Positions 28,501-42,678 of a stretch of DNA of 64,000 nucleotides are shown piece after piece. This stretch comes from Octopus bimaculoides (taxonomy: Eukaryota): the NCBI RefSeq assembly GCF_001194135.2, contig NC_068981.1, forward strand, positions 197,033,757 to 197,097,756, written 5' to 3'. The notes beneath the pieces are model-generated. The model saw nothing but the letters and a program-made list of their open reading frames with translations, was not told the origin of the DNA and did not search any database. The translations under genes were made by a program, and so were the position numbers. Each line of letters begins with the position of its first letter. Position 1 is the first letter of the stretch.

Positions 28501-28980
28501 GATGCTCGTTTTTCTAATTATCATGGGAACACCGACACACACACATCGTTTTTATAATCATCAAGGACACATACACACACACGGAAAACAAGAATGGGCT
28601 TCTTTCAGTTTCCGTCTACCAAATCCACTCACAAGGCTTTAGTCAGCCTGCAGCTAATGTAGAAGATGCATGTTACAGGAGCCCCGCAGTGGAATTGAAC
28701 TCGAAACTACATGACTGGGAAGCAAGTTTCTTAGCCACACAACCACACTTTATCTTTGGCTTGTTTCAGTCATTTGACTGTGGCTATGCTGTGGCATGTC
28801 ATAATGTAAGAGTTATAAAGTATATGAAAATATTTATTTACATAGTGCAAACATTATCTGTTGTACAACTTGATATATTGGGTACTCAAGGCTAGGTTTT
28901 CTCCAGCCTACAGTTGTGAGCAGCGCAGCCAAGCTCAAAACTCAGAGCAGGCAGCCAATTTTTCATATAATCAACATATA

Positions 28981-29056
<76 letters not shown>

Positions 29057-32000
29057 AATATAATTTGAGTGGAGGCAATACGAGCGGAAAACTAGAGGGA
29101 CATGACTTATTATCCAGCAGAATATACAATATATATATGCACACTTACTTTGACATTAATAAAGTGGCATAAAGCTCAACATAACAGAAGTATTGCCTCC
29201 ACTCAAATTATAAATTGGAACTTAGTTCAACTTGAGCACTTCGAGTCTAGCTTGTCTATGAGTATTGTTAATTAATAATATCTATAAAATAATATAATAT
29301 ATATATATAGATAGATAGATATATAATAAATTAAAAAAGGAAAATACACACACTTTACATTGTTTTAATAGAATTTTTAATATATCGACAGGTTTCGCTT
29401 TCGCCATTCATGATATTAAGGTTTACTTATTTGAATAAGTATTTTCTTAAGAAGAAATTTTTGTCCATGTTCTGTGTGATCATATTTACGAGTGAATGAC
29501 TTTACAAGTAGAAAAATAAGGGGAGGTAATTGGTTGTTGCTGTTGTTGTTGTTGTTGGCAAGGGAGATAACTGTTCAGCTTTCGGTAAGGGGAGGGGAAT
29601 ATATATGTACACACAAAAAAAAGTTTCGAAAAACTTGCTTGGTGAGGGGATTTATGTACAGTGATGTAATCGTGAATTGAAATATGTAAAAAGATAAAAG
29701 TTGGTTATGCGTGCATATTAAGACGTGTTCTGTATTTTTCAATGAAAAAAGTTTCTTTATTTAAACGTTCTTGTGGAGAGATTGTGTCTTTGCACTGGTA
29801 GAAGGGGAAGACTGTAAAATTTGGTTTGATGTTATCTGCACATTTTTCTATGTGTTCGCTGAGAGGAATTTGCCTGTATTGTGGGAAACGGATTTGCTCT
29901 TTATGTGGAGTGGTTCTCCTTCACAAGGTCATTACTTGTATGTCCAATATAGTTGTGTCCACAACCCGAGCAGGTTATTACATAAATTAGGTTCTCAGAG
30001 GCACAAGTGAAATCAGTTTTAATTGTGAACCTCTGTCCTTGTTTGAAAAGGAAATCCGAGCCTTCAAGTAAGTTGGGGCAGGTTCTACAGTTTGAACGTC
30101 CACATTTTTTAACCATTGGTTTCGTGGTTGTTTTGTAAAGCTTCGCATTTGTTAGTAGTCTCTTTAGCGATTTGTGTTGCTTTTTGCATTTGATGAGTTT
30201 ATACGTTTTCAGGATGTCGTTCATTTTTGGATCTCTAATTAGGAAAGGAAGATTTTGCACAATAGTGTTGACTGCCTCACTGTTTCTGGGTTTGTGTGTT
30301 GATATAAATAGTAGTGTTTTGAGATGAGGTATGGTGTTATGTTTTGTTGTTCTTAGTGTTTTTATGTCTGTTTTTTTGGCACGTTTAATTCCCTCGTCTA
30401 TAAGTGAGGGTGGATATTGTCTTTCAGTAAGCATTTCAAGACCTCAAAATAATGCTTACTGAAAGACAATGTCCACCCTCACTTATAGATATGGATTGAC
30501 AACATTATCTAATTTAAATTTTGGAATTACCTCCCCTGTGTTTCTTGCTTAGAATTTAGCACTAAACTAATGATTTATTCCCCCCTGCATTGCATGTGTA
30601 ATTTTTGTTATTTAACGTATCTTCATCATCATTTAACGTCTGCCTTCCATGCTGGCATGGGTGTGACAGTTTGACACAAGAGCTGGCCAAGCTTCTGTAA
30701 CTGTTTTGGCTGGATTTTTACAGCTGGATGCCCTTTCTAACACCATCCACTATGCAAAGTGGCCTTGGTTCGTTAAATATGTCAGCACTGACTTTTCTAT
30801 TGTTTGCATAACACTGAGTGTATACCTGGGGCTTGAACTCTGAGTACATTGACAACTCTCCCGAACAACTAGCATGGCTGTAAGGTTAATCAGTTTGCTT
30901 TGCAACCACATGCTTATAGGTTCAATCCTAGTGTGTAGCATGCATTCAGTACCTTGAGTAAGAGTCAGTCTTGTAGCTAACTGAAATTTGATAGAAGGAA
31001 ACTGTGTGGAAGCCTGTTAGAAATACCATTGTTATTCTTTGGTGGTAGATGTAATCGGTCACTTGGTTTAATGCTTTTACCTTCTGTTTGGGTACCTACA
31101 GCCAGTCCAGGTTTGTATTCTAAGGATAACGTTTTCCTTCTACCAGTCTTCGGGACCCTAAAGGGCTCTGTAGCCCCTGATTTTTAATCTCTACTCTTTT
31201 CCTCGTTAAGCCATTAAAAACAAAACCAGTTCAGAATGTCACTAGTTGCCAAATCTTACTAATCCACGGACATGGTTGTTCTCTGTTCTTCAGGTTGTCT
31301 GATACCAAAGTATTATTATGTTCCAAAGGAAAACATTGAGAAGGAAATAAAGAATCCTGGCAGTACTGAAAAGATCCCTAGCCCTGAAGGTTCGAGTGAT
31401 GGAGTCTTTCTCTGGGGACAGTCAGTCCTCCTTATCGCTGAGATGCTCCGTAAGTAACAGATATTACTTTTGTTGTTGTTGTTGACTCCAGCTGTTGACA
31501 TTGTTCTGGTTATGGGGGACAATCTGTCTTTTTTATCACGGAGATGCTCCCTAAACAATATATTGGTAATTGATAACCAGATCTGGGTTCAGTCCCACTG
31601 CATGGCATCTTGGGCAAGTGTCGTCTACTATAGCCTCTGGCCAACCAAAGCCTTGTGAGTGGATTCCAGCCATGACCACCCCATCAGCATTGCATATTGA
31701 GAACTACATTATCAAATGTCTTCTTTTCTCTTTCTAAAATGGTACGATTTGAAGATGATTTGGCTGCCATTTACAGTGGGTCAAAGTAAGAATATGTTAT
31801 GTAAGGATGAAGAAGTGTGGTGGTGAGGGTTAGGGTCAGTGTTGGATGTAGTCAAGCAGACCATGTTTAACTGACCATTGAAACGATCTGTTGTGGTCAG
31901 TCCTGATCCATCATAATTATAATGAAAGCTATTCCAGCCTTGGCTATCCTCCCTTTTATATCAGAAATTCTGTACTCCACATTATATAAAGCTATCTTTT

Positions 32001-33191
32001 ATAACAGGAATACTGATGATAGTGCATATTCTGAGGTTGATTCGCTGTTATTTCTAGCTGATCAAGCAACCACATAAAGACCTCCTTCTTTGCTCAAGAT
32101 CTAAACCAGCCATCAATGTAGTGATCTTCTATATACAATACCTTTGATACTTTCTTTACAGGAGAGGATTTAATCCATATCAATGAACTGGACCCTATTC
32201 GTAGGTATCTCCCTGCACCAGAAAGACCACGGTTCAGTTCTCGATACAGTGCATTCCAGGTATGTATATTTTGGGTCATCTTTATCACAGCAGTGAACAG
32301 ATCAAATTTCACTCTCGATGTGTTTGTATATCCATTAACTGTTGTATTTGTGTATCCATTAACTGTTGTGTTTATATGTCTGTTCACTGTTGTGTTTCTA
32401 TATCTGTTAACTATTGTATCTATGTGTCTGTTAACTTGTGTTTATGCATATGTTAACTGTTGCGCTTATGTGTTTGTTAACTGTTGTGTTTATGCATGTG
32501 TTAATTGTTGCGCTTATGTGTCTGTTAACTGTTGTGTTTACGCGTCTGTTAACTGGTGTGTTTATGCATCTGTTAACTGTTGTGCTTATGCATATGTTAA
32601 CTGTTGTGCTTATCCATCTGTTAATTGTTGATGTGTTTAATTCACAATTAGGGCATCAACCCTTTATTTGTATAAAAGTTCCCTCAGATTACATTGTTTT
32701 GTTTTTTTTTTTCTTTCTTTCCAAACAAGTTTTCTTAAGTTTCTCTTGATTTTTGTGTTTTCTTTGTACAGGGCACCCCTGATGACCTCGTCATTCAAAT
32801 GGTACTCATCTCTGAAAGTGCCGAACTTCAAAAGCTGTTGGGAACCTATGGTATTGAAACCCAAACTCCAAGACAGGTGGAACCTATCCAGATTTGGTCA
32901 CCAAAAGAATTAACAAAGGCTTATGAGTACCTTGGTCAGAACAAGAAGCTCCAAATATCAGGAAGGCCGTCTCGTCCATTTGGCGTACTTAGTACTTCAA
33001 AGGTACTCCTCTTTCTCTTAATTCCCTTGTTTCTTTTTATTTATACCCTTATTATAATGCACTGTGTCAGCAGAATGGGTTCTCCTATTTTCTCTTGTTT
33101 TAACACAAACATCAATTTTTTTAAGGATTGTCAGCTGACATTAAAGAGGTTTCTAGAGATTATTATTTACTAAGATATAACTTATTGTTAT

Positions 33192-33242
<51 letters not shown>

Positions 33243-36200
33243 GAGTGAGAGAGCGGTGCATGCCATCAAAGTGACACTGGGGTAAAATATACGAAGCCCA
33301 TTATACCCATCATGACTACCTGTCTGATAAAGGTACACCAGGCACATGCACCACAACCATATATGCGCAACATGGTGATCTTGTATCAAGATAAACAGGG
33401 CATGACCTCGAAGGTGGGGCCCAGTTAGAATTTTCTTCCGGTCGAGTAGCCCATCTCCCTCAAAAGGTCCCTGAATAAGGTTTGTTTAAGGATGTTGAGC
33501 AAAACACCCACGTTTCCAGAGGTGAATTATTCAAACCCCAAAGAATTCCTCTCAACACATGGCTTCTCCCACTACTTCATCTTGTGATCACAGATGCACA
33601 TATTGTCAACCACCATGGGACATGCTCAACTGCTTAAGGTCAACCCACTGACAAGCAAATCTGTGGTATTGAGCAGAATATTTGCTGTAGCCCATCGTTT
33701 TATACCAAGACAAAACAATGTACATGATAATGCTTCCAATCAATTAAGATCAGAAGCCATGAGAGCCATTGCAAGGTACTGCATCCGGGCATTTATTATT
33801 ATCAGTTAAAGATACAGTCTGGTGCCTTGTAAAATGCACATGGTACACTCTGTAAAGTGGTTGACATTAGGAAGGTCATTGAGCCATAGAAACTATACCT
33901 AAAAAGACAACTGGAGCCTGGTGCAGCCCTCCAGTTTGCCTGCTTCTGTCAAACCACCCAACTCCTGGCAGCATGGCATGGGTTGGATGGTTAATTACAG
34001 ATCCATACGTGTGCCATTATAGCTGAATAAAAGACATGATGCTAATGCCAACCACTTTACAGAGTGTACAGTGTCTTTTATGTGGCACCAGCACCAGTGC
34101 CTTTCGGATGGCACTGACACCAGCAGGGCCACCAAGTAATCTGAGACATCTTCGTCTCACAAGTTACTTGACATCCTTGCTGGTGTTGGTTCCACATGAA
34201 AAGCACACTGGACCCTCTGTAAAGGGGCTGGCATTAGGAAGGGCATCCAGTTATGGAAACCAAGTCAAAGCAGACATTAGGGCAGAACTCAGTCCTTGGA
34301 CCGTTGAATTCTGTCAAACTATCCTACCCATGCTAGCATGGAAAATGGACATCAAGTGATGTTAATGATGTTCCAAATGGAACAATCTTTGATCATAGAA
34401 TCTAATCAAGCAGGTCCAACATGGAGACAAACAACATCACCAATGATAACCTACTCTTGGCCCCCTACCACTATGACCTTTGACACTTCTAACTATATTC
34501 ATCTCAAATTACAGTCTCATTAATTCATTAACCTCCAAAATAAATCTAACAACTTCTGTATCATACTAAAATTACCCATCTACTATTATTTTTATTATTA
34601 TTATTTTTTCTTACAGATTTACCGTATCTGTGGCCAAACTGTGCTGTGTTACCCTCTGTTGTTTGAAATCAGCAGTTTTTATTTGGCCCAAGATCTGTCA
34701 TTAGTCGTGGATAATTGCAAAGTGAGTTTTCTTTCCTATTTTACTTACTTTTGTGTGGTGGGGGAGGAGGCACGGTGACCCAGTGATTAGGGCATTGCAC
34801 TCCCGATTGCACGATTCCCAGGACAAAGGGTGCATTGTGTTCTTAAGCAAGACACATCACTTCATGTTGCTTTGCAATCACTTTCAACAATGCACCTGTA
34901 CATCATCATCATCATTTAAACGTCTACTTTCCATGTTGGCATAGGTTGACTGAAGACAGTTTGACTGGGGTCTGGGACACCAGGTGGTTGCACCAGGCTC
35001 CAATCTTGATCTGGCAGTGTTTCTACAGTTGGATGCCCTTCCTAACGCCAACCACTCCGAGAGTGTAGTGGGTGCTTTTTACGTGCCACCAGCACAGAGG
35101 CCAGTCAGGTGGCACTGGCATTGACCACACTCGAATGGTGCTTTTTATGTGGCACTGGCACAGGAGCCAGTCAGATAATCTCAATTTGATGGTGAGTGCA
35201 ATGGCGATGATGATGACGACGACGACGGCGGCGAAGCAGCAGCAAGTTGCCAGACGTTGGGGCTTCAATGTCTCTATGCTACTCAACAAACAATTCAGCC
35301 AGCTCACTGCCTTGATCTTGTTTATTGATAAGAAGTTGTTGTTTTCTTTTCTAGAATGATCTGGCTTTTGTAGCTAAATGCTGGAAGTTGTATGGAAGGC
35401 CGACATTCTGTATGGTGATTCGACAGGATATTGTCCAGTAAGTTTTTTTTTTTGTTTTTTCTTCCTACTATATCATTTTCAACTAAAGAATTTTTGAATA
35501 ATATTCTCCCATAGTTGCCACCAAATTCTATGGCTTGTTTCCTTACTCTTTCAGGAACGGAGATTTCAATTGCTTTTTGGATCTCTTATCTGAATTAAAA
35601 AGAGGGGATTGTAGTGGCCTTCGAGTACGATTTGGAAGGCTTCAGGTAAGTGTTTTCCTATTTCATGTTATGTAGTATTGTTAATTTATTAATGTTTCAG
35701 CAGCAGCAGTAGTAGCAGCAGCAGCAAACATCTGTTTTCTATCCGGGGGGGGGGGGGTCTCCCTCAATTAATTACTGAAATTGTTTTTCTGGAACACCAT
35801 TGTTTCTTCCTTCACAACAATAGTCAGAGACATTTCTACAGGGTCACTTCTCTTGCAAAAAATAGCAGCTAAATGTCTATCATCATCATTATCATAATCA
35901 TTGATTTAACTTATGCTCGCATTATTACCTTTTCAATGGCCATTCTCTTGCGATTGGCTTTTGGTGAAGGAGGGATATTGATATTGCTACCTTCCTCTGA
36001 GTTCCTTGCTGTGATATAGGTCCATCTGGGGGTCTTGGACAGCATCTGTTAATCACCATGATTATACACACTGATGAAGGGTAACCACCCAGAAACTCGA
36101 GTTCGTATGTATCACGTAAAGCTAGAGATGGGAGCAATGACCTCCCCTCGCAAATACTAATCAAACACAGAACTGTGTGTCGTGAGCCAGCTGGAAGAGA

Positions 36201-39200
36201 TGTTTTCCTGGGGCTATAAATGTCAGTAACACTGCCCCTTATACGATGCCACGCTTAGTTGGCAGTTATATGTTACGATTCTATATTGCTACTGTTTATA
36301 TCTCTCTGAGATTTAATATGGTATATATACATATATACAGAGTGTCCACAAAATCTCAATCATTTGGCTTATGAAATGGTTCAAATAAACCAGTATCAAC
36401 AACATTCATTCTACAACCAAAATGGTTAAGAATTGTTTCTCTATTATATATTTTAACCCTTTTTTTTTTTTTTTTACCATATTTCTGTTGAGATGTTCTG
36501 TGTTTCTTTCAATTAATTTAAGATATAACAAAGAATTTAGTAAAATAACTTTGTTATCATTAAACTAGTGTTAGGAACATAAATTGTGACTAAGGTTTGG
36601 TGGAAGATTTTAATTCAAAACCTACGAAAACAAGACATTTGTACCACAGAGCCAGAGGTGGTTTCAGCTGGGTTGGTATGAAAAGGGTTAATGACATGTT
36701 ATTGAATTTTATATTGATTTAGCTCTTAATTATTGTGGATATATTCTTTAATGTTTGTACATCAATTCCCTTAATGGACACACACACACACACACACGTC
36801 TAAGTGTGTGTATATGTCTAAACATATTTCTACATAAATACTGGCTCCTGTAGGATTTTCGAGCGAGATCGTTGCCAGTGCCCCTGGACTGGCTTGTGCG
36901 GGTGGCACATAAAAGACACCATTTCGCGCGTGACCGTTTTCGTGCGGGTGACACGTAAAAGCACCCACTACACTCTCTGAGTGGTTGGCGTTAGGAAGGG
37001 CATCCAGCTGTAGAAACTCTGCCAAATCAGACTGGAGCCTGGTGTTGCCATCCGGTTTCACCAGTCCTCAGTCAAATCGTCCAACCCATGCTAGCATGGA
37101 AAGCGGACGTTAAACGATGATGATGATGATGATGATGATGATACCTGTCTCTAACACCGTATGTAAAAAGTGCCACCATTCATTCCTATAATATTTCCGC
37201 ATATTACAGCATTGCAGTTTTGATATCTTAATTCTGCTCAACAATGCTTCTAGACTACAATATCTACATGTGTGTTTTATCTCACCTTCAGGCAATGATA
37301 TCCTCTGCATGCATTGAACATTTGGACTTCCTACATGTGCTCGATGACTTGGAGATTTTCCAACCATTTCAAGAGAAACCTTCTTCACTGAACATTTCCA
37401 ACATGTTGGCAATCCCACCTCCTGCACATGTAGAGGAAGAAGAAGCAGACATAAAGGTAAATATGTCCCATGGTTGTTTTATTTTTAACATTATAGACAC
37501 AGCAGTGGCTATGTGGTAAGAAGCTTGCTTCCCAATCACATGGTTCTAGGTTCAGGCCCACTGTGTGGCACCTTATGCAATTGTTTCCTACTATAGCCTC
37601 AGGCTGACCAAAGCATTGTGAGTGGATTTGATAGACAGAAACTGAAGGAAGCTTGTCGTATATGTATGTATTTGTGTGTCTGTGTTTGTCTCCCCCACCA
37701 TCGCTTGACAACTGATGTTGCTAATACAGTTCTATATATAAGAGATGAGGAATTATGTACATTATTTACATTATTTACATTTGACAGATATTTGTCCTCA
37801 TCTTGTTTGTTGTTAACACAATGTTTTGACTGATATACCCTCCAGCCTTCATCAAGTGTCTTGAGGAAATTTCGAACCTGAGTTCTCATTCCTAAGGTAT
37901 TTTTCGATGTTATTATTATTGTTATTATTTTTATTTGGGTCACTGCCAGGAATCGAACTCGGAGTCTTGGGGTTAGTAGCCCATGCTCTTAACCACTACA
38001 CCATATGCCCGTGGGCTCTTAACCACTACACCTTATGCCCACAGGCATATGGCATAGTGGTTAAGAGCGCGGGCTACTAACCCCAAGATTCCGAGTTCGA
38101 TTCCAGGCAGTGACCCGAATAAAAATAATAACATCGAAAAATACCTTAGGAATGAGAAGCCAGGTTCAAAATTTCCCCCAAGAAACCTAATGAAGGTTGG
38201 AGGGTGTAATCAGCTGAAATGTTGTGTTAACAACAAACAAAATGAGGACAGATATCCATCAAATGTAAATAATGTACATAATTCCTCCCTCATACACTAT
38301 GCCTAGCTCTCACTCCTCAATCCTGTTCTCATAGCCCTGTACCTCTGTATCATTGCTATCCAGTAGCCCCCCCCCCTCCATCTCTGCATATATTCAGATT
38401 TACGCCACTCACTCCCCACCTCCACACTTCTTTCACAATATCCTGCAACTTAATCATATCAAAGGGAAATGGAAATTAATAAAAAATTTTCACCACCAAG
38501 TGGCCTTAGCGTATAAAAGTTTAGTCCAAAGACTATGAATTACTCATAAGGTACAGTGTATATTTAAATACATAAGAGGAATCCACTCACGGGATTCCTT
38601 ACGCTAGAAAGAACAGCTAGGTTCTAGAACCACAAAATTAGGGATAAAGTCCCGAAAGAAACTAAATGAAAAATNNNNNNNNNNNNNNNNNNNNNNNNNN
38701 NNNNNNNNNNNNNNNNNNNNNNNNNNNNNNNNNNNNNNNNNNNNNNNNNNNNNNNNNNNNNNNNNNNNNNNNNNNNNNNNNNNNNNNNNNNNNNNNNNNN
38801 NNNNNNNNNNNNNNNNNNNNNNNNNNNNNNNNNNNNNNNNNNNNNNNNNNNNNNNNNNNNNNNNNNNNNNNNNNNNNNNNNNNNNNNNNNNNNNNNNNNN
38901 NNNNNNNNNNNNNNNNNNNNNNNNNNNNNNNNNNNNNNNNNNNNNNNNNNNNNNNNNNNNNNNNNNNNNNNNNNNNNNNNNNNNNNNNNNNNNNNNNNNN
39001 NNNNNNNNNNNNNNNNNNNNNNNNNNNNNNNNNNNNNNNNNNNNNNNNNNNNNNNNNNNNNNNNNNNNNNNNNNNNNNNNNNNNNNNNNNNNNNNNNNNN
39101 NNNNNNNNNNNNNNNNNNNNNNNNNNNNNNNNNNNNNNNNNNNNNNNNNNNNNNNNNNNNNNNNNNNNNNNNNNNNNNNNNNNNNNNNNNNNNNNNNNNN

Positions 39201-40409
39201 NNNNNNNNNNNNNNNNNNNNNNNNNNNNNNNNNNNNNNNNNNNNNNNNNNNNNNNNNNNNNNNNNNNNNNNNNNNNNNNNNNNNNNNNNNNNNNNNNNNN
39301 NNNNNNNNNNNNNNNNNNNNNNNNNNNNNNNNNNNNNNNNNNNNNNNNNTATTATTATTATTATTATTATTATATATATGTATATATGTGTGTGTATGTA
39401 TGTATTTGTGTGTCTGTATTTGTCCCCCCCCCCCCATCATTGCTTAACAACTGATGCTAGTATATTTACTTCCTCATAACTTAGCAGTTCGGCAAAAGAG
39501 ACCGATAGAATAAGTATTAGGCATACAAAGAATAAGTCATAGGGTCGATTTGTTCAACTAAAGGCAATGCCCCAGCATGGCCGCAGTCAAATGACTGAAG
39601 CAATTAAAAGAATAAAAGAAAGAATTGTCATTTGTCAGTAATTCTAATTATTTCCTTGACGAACATTACATACCAAGATGTGTTAATTAACAAAAAGAAT
39701 CTCTGGCTTCATAACTACCTCTATATATTTCTACTATTGGCAAAGATATGAAGTCCCATTTACATCATACTCATCCCAACCCCTTAAATTATAAAGTGTT
39801 TGTTCCTCATTAAAAGGTAACCAGTAATTATTTTAGAAATATTTTTCTTGTTTTTTTTCTTTCCTTCACCTGTTTTGCAGGATTACAAAAACGTTTCAAC
39901 TCCTGAACTTGCAAAGATGTTGCGATATTCTGAGACGACCAGCAGGACTTTGAAGATTCTTAACATCCTGTTAAACAAGGAAGGAATGGATTATCGTATT
40001 GAGGAGTATACAGTAAAGGAGAGACTGGAGCGTACTCTCCTTATTGCCGGCAACAAGAGGCAGTGGGCTCACGTCAGGCTGTGTGCCGCTCTTCTTGGTA
40101 AAGTTGTTGATAGTCTGGCGCCATCGATAACATCTGTATTGGTACGAGGAAAACAGGTAAGGGCTTGCTTCAACGGGAGATGACAACTTTCACACTCTTT
40201 CATTTATTTTATTTCATTACTAGTCGTTACCCATTGCTATACTGCCGGGTAACGACCCAGTCAAAATGAAATGGATCCTGCAGCAAAAGCCGACTGCAAC
40301 GATCACATTGATAGGTTCAACAACAACCTGTTTTTTTTTTTCTTGAAACAAATTTTAATCCTATCTTTCACACACACACACACTCTCTCTCTCTTTCTCT
40401 CTCTCTCTT

Positions 40410-40472
<63 letters not shown>

Positions 40473-41987
40473 CTCAACATTTATTTCTCCTCCCCTTCTA
40501 AATAAACATGTCTATATGTTGGAAGACATACAGAAACACACACACACACACAAACAACCAAAAATATAACTATATGTATTATGTACATGTAGTTATATTT
40601 TTGAAGTCTGTGTTGTGTTGTGTTGTGTTGACAGACTTGCACTTAAAATTCCCACATTTTGAATCAAAACTTGTTAAATACTTGTGACAACACCACCTAC
40701 CTGGCTATTTATCTCTGTCTTTCACTTTCTCTCTCTCTCCCTCTTCTCTCTCTCTCTCCCTCATTCTCTTGCTGTATTTCTCTCTCAGCAACAACTTTTT
40801 TTCCCCTTCTAAATATACACTGTGACGGGGTTATTCCTCTTTTGATTCCTTCCCTTCTCTCCTTCTAATAGATTTTGTGAAGGTTAGAAGGTGGAATGAT
40901 CTTGCTGTTGCCGCAAGTGTCACATGGCACAATGAGAACCGAATGAATGAATGATATCTGTTCTGGAAGTTCACATGTAGCTAGTATTTAATTACCTTCT
41001 GGTTGCTGCTGGGTCAGAGGAGCAGCACCAGATTTCGTCCAAAAAGACTAAGATTCAGAAAGAGTAAATTGAATAAAATAGATACCTGACGGTTGCATTA
41101 TTGTTTCAGTGCTTATGTAAACATTGTATAATTGTCGTTTCTGTTTCAGTCTTCTAAACAGGGTGTCCATAAAGTTACTATACAGTTAGGCTGAAAACAA
41201 CTCTATGATATGGTTGCTGAAGCATTTATAAGAAGCCCAAAGAAATCAATTCGTCATGGTAGTTCAGAAACTGGTATCAAACAAACATCACTACATAAAA
41301 TACTTACAACGTTCAATATGAAACCTTGCATTCCGTGCCTAATTCATGGACTTCTGGGAGAATGATCCTGATCATAGGTCTTGATTTTGCAAACAGTTTA
41401 TAAGTCAGAGGAAACCAAGAACTGTTGAAGATCTTCACCAGTTCATTATTGATGCATTTACTGACCTGTGTACCAAAGTTTGTCACAGTCTGCTTTCACT
41501 TTGTCAAGAATACATTGAAGCTAATGGCTTACAATTTGAACATTTCTCATAACCGTAGTAAATGAAATGGATTTCCTATATTGTTAGAATATTTTCTGAT
41601 GTCTCACATAAATTTTCTGAAAATCTTTTCAGTCTAACCAGGATGTTGCTTTATTCCAAAAAAATCTGTATAATAACTTTATGGACACCCTACATATATC
41701 TAACCGTATGTATTCAATATCTGTTTCACTCTCTCTCTCTGTCTCTGCCAACCACGATTCCTTAGATAACTGTTGGTGTGTTTGGTCAGAAGGAACACAT
41801 ACTGGACAAGCCGATTCCTCCAGGAGAGATCAAAGAAATGATCTTCTCCTCTTGTAAGGAATTCAACATCTCAGAGTCAGTACTTCAACAAGAGATCATC
41901 ATCAACATTGGCAAATTAATTTCTACCTCACCACAATTCTTTGAAGGAATTCTCAGGATTAGAATTGGGTAAATTACCTCTTCTTAC

Positions 41988-42026
<39 letters not shown>

Positions 42027-42617
42027 TCCTTCTCACTCTCTGTCTCTCATTCCTTTCTCTCTCCCACCTCACTCACTCTCACACTTTCTCAGTCTCTCTC
42101 TCTCTCTCTCGTGCACTTCCCCTTTCTCTCTCTTTCTCTCTCTCTCTCTTGCATTTCCCTTTCTCCCTCTCTCTCCATCTCCCATTCTTCTCCTCTCTCT
42201 CCCTCTCCCGTTCCTCCCCCTCTCTCCCATTCCTCCCCGCTCTCTCTCTCCCGTTCCTTCTCCCTCCCTCTCCTCCATTCCACCCCCTCCNNNNNNNNNN
42301 NNNNNNNNNNNNNNNNNNNNNNNNNNNNNNNNNNNNNNNNNNNNNNNNNNNNNNNNNNNNNNNNNNNNNNNNNNNNNNNNNNNNNNNNNNNNNNNNNNNN
42401 NNNNNNNNNNNNNNNNNNNNNNNNNNNNNNNNNNNNNNNNNNNNNNNNNNNNNNNNNNNNNNNNNNNNNNNNNNNNNNNNNNNNNNNNNNNNNNNNNNNN
42501 NNNNNNNNNNNNNNNNNNNNNNNNNNNNNNNNNNNNNNNNNNNNNNNNNNNNNNNNNNNNNNNNNNNNNNNNNNNNNNNNNNNNNNNNNNNNNNNNNNNN
42601 NNNNNNNNNNNNNNNNN

Positions 42618-42678
<61 letters not shown>

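Noticed and set aside
32330-32630. CRISPR-like array
   Set aside because: These are contiguous diverged tandem units without unique spacers, in a eukaryotic intron.
35925-36230. Non-repetitive-looking ORF in the intron after PHKB exon 16
   Set aside because: No recognisable domain or splice pattern; it may be an old retroelement fragment, but I cannot support a call.
38604-39454. ORFs of 150-320 aa containing X runs (also near 25.4, 42, 49.3, 55.1 and 62.7 kb)
   Set aside because: They are artefacts of reading through N gaps and microsatellites.
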